Below are positions 1 to 62,000 of a stretch of 62,000 nucleotides of DNA, piece after piece (position 1 is the first letter of the stretch; each line of letters begins with the position of its first letter). The translations under genes were made by a program, and so were the position numbers. Source of the stretch: Vicugna vicugna (Eukaryota); assembly GCA_013265495.1 (NCBI GenBank), contig MU058540.1:891696-953695 (forward strand), given 5' to 3'. The notes beneath the pieces are model-generated. The model saw nothing but the letters and a program-made list of their open reading frames with translations, was not told where the DNA came from and made no database searches.

Positions 1-880
1 GTCTCCTGTGAATCTGTCTTTGTCAGTTGAATTTTCAGACCCATCTAAGGACCCTCAGAGGGTCAAGGAAAACTTTGCCTTCTCCAATGCTGGTAGAACT
101 GGGGAGTGGAGGAAGGGCCACACAAGTCAAGTTCAGGTGCAAGAACAGAGAGCTGAAGATGCACGTTTGGGAGTCAAAGCCACAGGACAAGCCCCTAGGG
201 AGCAGGCACAGTGGAGAAGTCAGTGGCCTGAGCCCTGGACACACAGACATCCTAAGGTCATTAAAGGTACATGTCGTACCTCATCCCACTTAAAGCTTCC
301 AGTGGCCCTCTGGCTACATGCTGCCAGGTCTCGGGTGATCTCCCCTTGGGGCCTCTGACTCAGTGCTGCTCCGGTCCCATCTAACAAATCTTAAAAGCAA
401 GATCTGAAAGGATTTGACCATTTCCAAGTAGCTTAATCACATTCTGGACAGACCTCAAGAATATTTATACATATACAAAAATAATGAGCACCCTATGAGG
501 TAAAAATTCCCAATATCTGGAATCCAATAAGAAATTATCAGGTATACAAAGGAGGAGGAAAATGCAGCCCATAATGAGAAAAGAAATCAATCAATTGAAA
601 CCAACCCATAAATGACATGATGACAGAATTAGTAGACAAAGATATTCAAAATAGTTATCCTAACTATATTCCCTTTGTTCTAGAAGTAGAGGAAAATTTG
701 AACATTTAACTAGAGACATGAAAGATATTAAAAAGAAGAAAAAAGACCCAATCAAGCTTCTGGAGATGAAAGATGAAATCTGGGATTAAAAATGCACTGG
801 ACACACTTAACAGCAGACTGGATGCCACAGAAGAAAAAGTTAGTGAACTTGAAAACGTAGCAGTAGAAATTATAAAATGA
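1..880 (+). mobile_element. Ancient LINE-1 fragment (L1M-type 5' region and degenerate ORF1)
   Basis: A-rich sequence with typical L1 ORF1 remnant text (aacagcagactggatgccacagaagaaaaagttagtgaacttgaa); no intact frame. Boundaries approximate. Confidence 0.75.
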
Positions 881-1580
881 GAGAGTCTGTTCGAGACGGC
901 AGAGTAGGATGAGCCCGAGCTCACCTCCTTACACAGGCACACCAAAATTACAGCTATTTACAGAGCAGCTATCAATGAGAACAACCTGAAGTCTAGCAGG
1001 AAGAATTTCCCACAACGAACAACACAAAGAGAGCCACAGCAAGACGGGTAGGAGGGTCAAAAATGTGATATAGCCAAGACCTCCACACTCAGGTAAACAG
1101 AAGGGTAATTAAAATCTTAGGGGTTCTCCCCAAGGAGTGAAGGGTCTGAGCCCACACTGGGGTCCCCAGCCTGGGGGGTCCTGCATCAGGAAGATGAGTC
1201 CCTAGAATGTCTGGCTTTGAAGGCCAACAGAGCTTGCATATGGGAAAGTTCGAAGGCTGCAGAAAATAGAGACTTGACTCTTAAAAGGCACACACAAAAT
1301 CCCATGTGTTCTGAGTCCCAGCACAGAGGCAGTACTTCGAAAGTAGTAATCTTGGAGAGCCTCCTGGAGGCAGGAGGCATGGCATGTAGGACTTTCCCCA
1401 GGACTTAGAGACTGATGAGAGCCATTTTGGGGGGCCCACCCTACCACAAGAACACTGATGCCAGCCAGCACCATATTAGAGTCCTCCCTCTAGACTATTG
1501 GTGCCAGGAGCTTACCCACTGACCAGCAGGCCGGCACCAGTCCCAAGACTCCCTGGACATGTAGCAGGGGACAGGAAATA
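881..1580 (+). mobile_element. LINE-1 5'UTR fragment (laurasiatherian/artiodactyl type)
   Basis: Starts with gagacggcagagtaggatgagcccgagctcacctcc...caccaaaattacagcta, resembling the AAGATGGCGGAGTAG...GAGCTCACCTCC start of L1 5'UTRs. It interrupts the older L1 ORF1 abruptly. Confidence 0.6.
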
Positions 1581-2382
1581 TCAGGAAAGTACTGAGTTGG
1601 AAAAAGAAAAGGGGGAACGGACACAGGCCTGGAGCCCCAGAGGCAGCCCTTGTGTTTGAGGAGTGGGTGGAAGAAAAGAAGCCCAAAACCCCAGAGGAGG
1701 GGAGGCAGGGAGGGCAGAGGAGAAGAAGAGGGAACACTGTCCTGAAGGGTAAGGCAGCCCCCGCCATTTCTCCATCCTCTTCCATTGCCCCACAACATTA
1801 ACAAAGCCCCTTCTTCTCATCACAGAGAACTAGCGCTGAGGAAGCCAAAGGAAGGGCCTGATTTGCATACTCCAGCCACTCCCCCACCCCTTAGTGTGTG
1901 CAGTTGCCATAGCAACTGGCCCCCAAAGACTCTTCTTTGCAGTCACCTCCCCTTTCCGTACTGCTGCTGCTGGCTGCTCATCCAGGCTCTGAGGGCTCAG
2001 AGTTCATAGCTCATCTTATGGATGAAGAAACTGAGGCCCAGAGAGGGCAGGCAACTTGCCCGATGACACGCATCAAGTTAGCAGCAGACACTTACCTAGA
2101 ATCCAGATCTCCCGATACCAACTTCAGCCTGCCTGTCATCCTGGTGTGGGGGTGAGGGGGCAGGTGGGGGTCAGTTCTCTATCCAGTGACCAGAATGCAA
2201 CACCTGTGCTCCCCTTGGGCCTCTAGAAAAACTTTGGGAAGCTACAATGAAGAAATGACCCATCGGACTTTGGGCAGAAGCTCAGCAATGGAGCTGAGCT
2301 CTGGGGGGTGGGAGTGGCGTTGTGGAGGTGGGGATACAGCTAACTAGGTCCTCCAAGGTCTCCAGCCAACCCCTTTCCCCTA

Positions 2383-2530
2383 ATTCACTCATTCAACAAA
2401 TAATTATTGTATGCCTCCAGTGTGCCAGATACTGTTCTACATTCAGCTGTGATCAAACTGACAAAAACCCCTGCCCTGGTGGGGCTGACATACTGGTGGG
2501 TGGTTGAAGGTAATAAACAAACCATATGAA
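2383..2530 (-). mobile_element. LINE-2 3' end fragment
   Basis: attcactcattcaacaaataattattg...tgtgccagatactgttcta is the reverse complement of the L2 tail. Confidence 0.6.
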
Positions 2531-4449
2531 CAGAATATGGGGTGAGGTGGTCTCCCGAAAGTTGAGGGGAGACTGCGCTACTTGTGTTAAGGTAATCTGG
2601 AAGCTCTTTCAAAACCAGTTCTTTTAAAACTTACCTCTTCCCCGTTCCACACCTTCAGGTCAGCTGGTGTCTTGAAACCTGACTCCAGTACAGTTCAGTT
2701 GCCAACCATTGACATGTTTTGGAAGAATATGCCTTGACCCAGAAGCCTGGGGCTTCAGCGATAGAATTTTCGGAGACGTAGGTGGCAGGTAGGAAGATGT
2801 TTGGGGGCAGTGGCCTCCCTGAAACGGTGTGGGCAGCTGCCCTGCCTGTTCCCAGCATGCCCTGCAGGCTTAAAGAGTCTGATTTCAGACGCCCAGAAAG
2901 GCTCTCCCACCACCACTCACCAGCACCAAAATAATGACTGAAATGCAATTCCGGGTGCATAAAGAACTCAGTCAGAAAGAACAGCAAGTCACAAGCGCTC
3001 CTGAGAGCAGATACCAGGTGCCAGGCTCAGTTAGCAGGCCCTTCCTGCTAGAGGGAGTTTTATTGATTGATTATGGAAAATGTCAAACACCTGTAGCAAG
3101 AACTCCCCGGTGCCTGTGAGCAGCTCAAGGATCACCTCGTGGCCACTCAGGTTTCAGCCCCACCCTCTTCCTGCCCACTGGAATCTTCTGGTTTTCTGGA
3201 ATACTGGGGCTGGTTTTATAAGGAAAGGGGGGAAGAACTGGAAGCCACCCCCCCAAACCAAACCTGGAAGAGGAGGACTCCAGAAGGGCGGGCAAGGAAA
3301 GCCAGCAAGGAGGGAGTCTTGGGCAGGAAGCCGGCTGGGCAGACCTGAGCTGAGGGGGCCTCTGGGGCCGTGCGCCCAGAGCGGGGCTCCTGGTTCTGCC
3401 AATGGGGTGGAGGATCCTGGCCGGGGGAGCCAAGCCCCATTTCCTGCCCCAGCTCCATCTCTCTTTGTTTTCTTTCCCTCCTCTTTTCCCCCACTCACTC
3501 ACAATAAAAACATAATTACGGGCTTTATAAGAAAAAAAAAAGGCAAATTATGGTGACATGCTTTAATTATCTGCCGAGCAATGGCGGGCTGAATTACACA
3601 GGCAGGGCCTTGGAGGTTACCTAAAAATAAAGCAAGAAGCCTCATTACACGCTAATTGCTGCTTTTGCCAACTGAAGTGAGATTTTGGCACCGTGTACCA
3701 TTTGGTGCCGGGATGTCTGCAGGGAAGTCCAAGCCCTGGGAAGCTCAGAGTGCCAGGGCCAAGGCCTGCAGGGCAGAGCAGGGCAGGCCCAGGGGCAGAG
3801 GGGAGCTCTTGTGCCACGGAGAGCCCCTCAGCCTCCCCGGATGTTCAGTGGGTGCATGGAAACCCCAGGCTCAGGGGAGGGAGCAGCAGTCCCCAGTGGG
3901 AACATTCAAAAAAAAAAGGGTCCATACTCTGACCTCTGGCTGGGGAGGGGTCCCACAGCCTCCTGGAGGCTCAGTGTCCTCACATGGGCCCCCAAGGACC
4001 CCTCGTTGGGCCTGGAGGCTAAAGTAATGCGGGGCACCTGGCATGAGTTAACAGGCCACTCTCTGGCCCCCTTGCCTCTGCCTCCAGGGTCTGAGAAGAC
4101 AGGATGTGAGAAACCGACCGTGGGACATGGGAACGCAGAACCAGCCCATCTGAGCTGGAAGAGCTCCATGTTTGTGTACTGCTTCTGATGCTGAGTCCCC
4201 AGGGTCCTGGGGGTTCCACAAAGGTGTCCTGTGTGCCCAGCCAGCCTGGCAGCTTAGTGGCTTCTGCTCAGAAGCTGGTAGCAACCTAGTCTGGGTATTG
4301 ATCCCCAGAAAGCTCCTGAGTGGCACTGTTCCCTCCTGGCTACAAAAACCCCAAGGTCTGTTACCACACCTGGCTGGTTCATCACTGCACACCCAGGACC
4401 TGGCCTGTAGTAGGTACTTAATATCTCTTGAATAAGGAAAGGGGCCTTA

Positions 4450-4540
4450 TCAGATTTGTTTAGTTTTTCCAGGACTTTCCTGGTTTTACCACTGAAAGTC
4501 CTGCGTCCCAGGAACTCCCCCAGTCCCTGGTAACCCTAGG
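4450..4540. mobile_element. MER81-like hAT DNA transposon relic
   Basis: ccaggactttcctggttttaccactgaaagtcctgcgtcccaggaactcccccagtccc...ggtaaccctag resembles the MER81 consensus as recalled. Confidence 0.6.
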
Positions 4541-4621
4541 CCTGAACTCCACCCTTCCCCTGTTCCCCCAAACATATTTCAACTCCACGTATTGGCCTTT
4601 CAACACACAGTTAGTTTTAAG

Positions 4622-4798
4622 CACTTGTTCTCAAACTTGGCCTTACACTGAAGTGACCTGCAGGACCTGTAAAAGGGACTTTGGGACCCCACCCCCAGAG
4701 CTTCCAGTCCAGCAGGCCTGACGGGCCCATAACTTGATTTTCTAACAAGTCCCCAGGGATGCTGATGCTGATCTGAAGGTTCTGCCACTGGAACACTG
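4622..4798. mobile_element. MER5A-like hAT-Charlie relic
   Basis: gttctcaaactt...ccccacccccagag...ttttctaacaagtccccagggatgctgatgctg. Confidence 0.6.
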
Positions 4799-6154
4799 AC
4801 TCATCTGGCCCACTGGGCTGCACAGCAGATGCCTGTGGAAAATGCTCTTGGTCTGACACCCTAGATTTGCCTGATTACACTGGGGCACTGGGGAGGATCT
4901 ATTCCAGGTCGCAGTCTAAGGGACCATCCTGCAAGAGCAAGATGATCCCCTCTCCTTCCCTTACACAAATATTTACTGAGCCTATAGTAGGTGCTGCACA
5001 CGCAGGCACACACGAGCCTTGGGGAGGGCAGATTCCTGAGCACAGGTGTGTGCGAGGCCAGCCCTCCCCCCAGGAGTAGATGGGCTTAACTCCACTTAGC
5101 AGAGGAGCACTAACACGTGGCGTGATTTACTGCCCCAGCCTCACCTCTACGCACACTTCCACACCTACTCCCTGCCTGCCCCCCGCCCAGGTCCTCCCAG
5201 GCCCTTGGCCTCCGCACCCCACACCCTAGTCAGGTAGCAGAGGAGGTGGAAGGGGGTGCGGGTCCTGGGGGTGGGCAGGAAGGGGCAGGAGGGGCAGCAC
5301 GGGCAGCCCGGGCTCCAGCTGCTGACTGTGGCCTCATTGTGCCGCTGGCTCTATAATTTACCCCTGGCAGGGCCCAGCCCCTAAGCTGTCACACTCCCTG
5401 CCTCTCAACCTGCCACAGAAGCACACAGCTGCCGTGAACACACTCACACACTTGCCACCAGCCCAGGATGGGCATCATGACATGGGTGCCATGTGGACTC
5501 ACACCCACTTGGGCATAAATGGAGAAACGCTCACATAAGACAAACAAGTATGTATACAGAGGTGCAGGAGCACACACACACACACAGCCCAGTCCACACA
5601 CAGGGCTGGGGACACACACACCCATGCTGTGCACCTGGCCCACCTGGGCACACACCACACACTGATCTCCAGGAGTCACTCGTCATCTCAGCACCTGTGA
5701 CCTGGAGACAGGAAAGGCAGGGGTGAGGCCTGTGGGTGCTGGGAGCCCTGGAAGGCAATTTCTCAAGAGGCAAGTGTCCTGGCTGGAAGGAGAGGAGGGG
5801 CCCAGATTATGGGATGGCAGGGTGGGGTCCCAGATGTGACAGATGTGAGCCAGAGGAGAGGCAGGGCAGAAATGGTATCTTCCTTAGGGGCTGCAGGACA
5901 GAGGACAGGGACAGAGCATCCCCCTTACTTAGGGGACCTCCAGGGGTTGATTTCTGGAATCTCCCACAGTGCCCTGGCCCCTCCCTGCCCAAGGCCTCTC
6001 TAAGACCCCACTCGATGCTGGCCCAGGGAGCAGCCCCCACCGCCCCCCAGCCCTAGATCTCTATCACCCAGTTCCTCATTCCCTCTAACACCAGGCCCTC
6101 CAGCTGTAGGTTGAGCCCGTGGTCCACTGCAGGACCCTCAGTGGATATGGAGCC

Positions 6155-7071
6155 AGGGTGCAAAACCATGTGTTTATTTTAATTAGAAATGTTCTTGGTA
6201 TAAAAACAATCATGCGCTACACATTGTCATCAATAACCATCACCAAACACCCAGGCACTGAACTCCGTGTCATCGGCAGGAGGGGCAGGCGGGCAGGCGG
6301 GCAGGACACACGGCAGACGGGCGGGGGCAGGCGGGCAAGCTGCGGGCCGCGGGGACACACAGAGGCCACCAGGAGGACGCAGCACTTGGCAACACACTCG
6401 AGATCTGTTTTTGTTTCGGCTTTTAGGGGGTTTGATTTTTTTTTTCCTTTTTTTCTCTTTTGTGGCATGGAAGATTTGGTGAATCGGGAAAAGACAGCAG
6501 GGAGAGAGAGCAACAGTGGACCTAAATGAAGACGAGCAGAGGGCTGAGGACGGGAAATAAAAGTGCACAAGGAGAGACCGGGTGGAGGACCAGTGGAAAG
6601 ACAACGGAGCGCTGGAGATGGAGACCGCGTGAGGGAGAAAAGGCAGAGGCAGAAAGAAGATAGAGACACAGAGAGAGAAAAGGTGCTTCGAGGAGAGAAG
6701 AGAAAATTAAGACAGGGATCGAGACAGACAGAGGTCACCAATAGGACAGGCAGGGACACGGGACAGCACTAGGGCCCCCACAACCTGAGCCCCTGTGGTT
6801 TGGGGCTGAGAGGGGCCTTGGTCCAAGACACAGGATCTTGGGGTGGCCTGAAGCGGTCTCGGCCCCTCATCCACCTCCTGTCACCCACCCGGCTTGCCCA
6901 GACTGCCCAGCAGTGACCACCGGGGGCTCTGCTGTCCTCAGCACCAAGCCACATCCATGGGCGCCCACGGGCAGGGAGGACATCAGCGGGGCCCCTGGGC
7001 ATGGCCCTGGCCCGACGCACCATCCACGAGGGTCTCCGTCCTCCTCCTCCTGTGCGGCTCCAGTGGCCTAG
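6155..7071 (-). other. GRM4: GRM4 3'UTR (~0.9 kb)
   Basis: Runs from the stop codon to just past the AATAAA. Contains a pyrimidine-rich tract, an A-rich stretch and GCCCGCCT-type repeats resembling the human GRM4 3'UTR as I recall it. The 3' end is approximate. Confidence 0.8.
6173..6178 (-). terminator. Polyadenylation signal AATAAA of GRM4
   Basis: TTTATT on the + strand, in an AT-rich context about 900 nt after the stop codon. Confidence 0.8.
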
Positions 7072-60107
<53,036 letters not shown>

Positions 60108-61296
60108 CTACACACCAACCTTCCTCCTGTCCCAGAACCTGGGGACCATCCCAGCCCTTCCCACAAGCACCACCTCCTCCCATCCTGGGGGAGACTACTT
60201 GACCTGGGCTGAATAGGTCCCAGCCCCACTTGACAGAGAAGGAAACTGAGGCCCAGAGAGAGTGGGCAAATGGTAGTTAGCCCTGACCCTGGATTCAGCC
60301 CAGGGTCCCAACACCCACCACTCAGCTGTCTGCTGATCCTGACCCTTCCCACGCCTCTCCTCACTTCCAACAGGAATGCGGCTGGAATCAGGGTGAGAAG
60401 TGAGTGGCACGTAGGCATCAAGTCTTCCTCCTCCAGAAAGTCTCCCAGGCTGCCTCACCTGGGTTTTGTGGCTGGTGGTCCCTCAATAACACACACATAT
60501 ACACCACAGAATCATAAGGGATAACACACTCCTGCACACACATATATACACACACCCCGGGAGCCTCTGGATGCCTCAATATATATAAAGAGCTGCAAGA
60601 CCCTAGCCGGGGGAAAATCCCCAGGTGAGTGAGATGGTTGGCCCAGTGATGAGGGCTTATCGGATCCACCCCCTGCCAGAACTTTAGTCCCCATGGCAAC
60701 TGAGGGTGGGAAAATATTCCAGGAGCAAGCGGATTGGGGGAGCTCCTGTATGTGTGTTTGCCCACCTGGCCTATGCCTAGGGTATGCCTATCCCCAGGGA
60801 CATTGGGGGCCTACCTTCCAGAGGGGACACCCATTAGGAAAAGGGCCTGGTCCAGCTTAGCCCCATGATTCCCCCCAACGTGGGCCCTCAAGGCCCAAGT
60901 CCCTGGTACCCACAGAAATGAGGATGCGAATGGGGGAAACAGGTGACTGGCTTCCTAGATTTTCTGACTAAGGGTTAACTCCCGAGCCCTCTCATTGTCA
61001 TTCTTGTGGTCTTTATAAAACGGTACATACTATGCTATTCACTATGTCACTATTAGGAAACAAGCTACGTGTCCGTCAGAAGGGGACTGGAGAAAGAAGC
61101 TACAGCCACACAAGGAATACCAGGCAGCTGCAAAAAAGCACAAGGCAGCTTTCCACGCCCTGCTCTGGATGGCTCTCTGAATACAGGGTAAAAATAACAG
61201 CAACAAAGAACGAAGTTGAAGGGTACAAACAGCATCAACAAAGAAGCAAGGAGCAGCTCCCTGTGCCAACAGCGCCCGGCTTACTGTACGAGGGGC

Positions 61297-61413
61297 GGCT
61301 GGCTCTGAAACAAATCAGGGGCAAAGTCCCTCCGGGGAGCGAACCATGGCTGGCTCTGAAACAAATTGGCTCTGAAACAAATCAGGGGCAAAGTCCCTCC
61401 GGGGAGCGAACCA
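61297..61413. repeat. Nested tandem duplication (50-bp unit, 19-bp partial copy, 47-bp unit)
   Basis: ggctggctctgaaacaaatcaggggcaaagtccctccggggagcgaacca / t / ggctggctctgaaacaaat / tggctctgaaacaaatcaggggcaaagtccctccggggagcgaacca. Confidence 0.9.
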
Positions 61414-61744
61414 GGTGGCAGGAGGCAGGGTTGAGCGGGACCTTTCACCTTATACCCTTTGTATGTTTTCCATGTAGAACCACGCAAATACAGCACCTGT
61501 TTAGGAAGCAAACCCCACTGTAACGTTCACGTCCCTTTGTCTGCCCGAGTCAGCAGTGTCTGAACACCAGCCCAGCCCTCTCTCCCTGGAGAGCACTTAG
61601 CATGAAAGCAGCAACCCTTAAAATGTGGACTCTGGTTGGATATTTGATGAGCACTTTTAAAAGCATTGTTATTTTTAAGGTCTGATGATGGTATTACAGT
61701 TGCAGTTGGTTGGCTGGTTGGTTTTTACGAGTCCCAGTCTCAGA

Positions 61745-61945
61745 GCAGGGCTTCCCAGGCTCGGCACTATGAGCACGTGGCGTGGGAGTGAGGTGTGATT
61801 CTTTGTCGGGGGGCTGCTCTGTGCGCTGTAAGGCCTCTAGCAGCATCCCTGCCCCACACCTACGAGATGCCAGTAGCGCACCCCTCCCCGTTATAACAAT
61901 CAAAAATGTCTCTAGACATTGCCAAGTGTCCCTCGGGGGGCAAAG
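61745..61945. mobile_element. MER20 hAT-Charlie transposon, inserted in an old L1 3'UTR remnant
   Basis: ctcggcactatgagcac...attctttgtcggggggctgctctgtgcgctgtaagg...agcagcatccctg...gagatgccagtagc...aacaatcaaaaatgtctctagacattgccaagtgtccc. Confidence 0.8.
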
Positions 61946-62000
61946 CTACATACTGAACTACTTAGGGACAAAGTGATACAATGAGGCCTGGGATTTCCTG

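Overview
Mammalian genomic DNA, probably from a camelid judging by a young tRNA-derived SINE at about 40.05 kb. The window holds the 3' portion of GRM4 (metabotropic glutamate receptor 4, a class C GPCR) on the minus strand. Nine coding exons, all with canonical GT-AG boundaries and matching phases, join into 2220 nt (739 codons plus TAG), equivalent to residues 174-912 in human numbering. They are followed by a ~0.9 kb 3'UTR with an AATAAA at 6173-6178. The exon for the signal peptide and residues 1-173, and the promoter, lie beyond position 62000. The rest is intron and 3' flank filled with ancient repeats (MIR, L2, L1, CR1, MER5/20/45/81, ERVL LTRs), microsatellites and several non-repetitive blocks that look like enhancers. 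Nearly all other ORFs in the six-frame track are chance or antisense ORFs in GC-rich DNA. I found no new multi-gene system. The most notable oddities are a perfect 57-bp inverted duplication bracketing the young SINE, a TAG-CTAG stop context followed by 100 open in-frame codons, an intronic RE1/NRSE-like motif, and a 204-nt frame-preserving intron with a single stop codon. Comparisons with human and rat sequences and repeat family names are from memory, not from searches.
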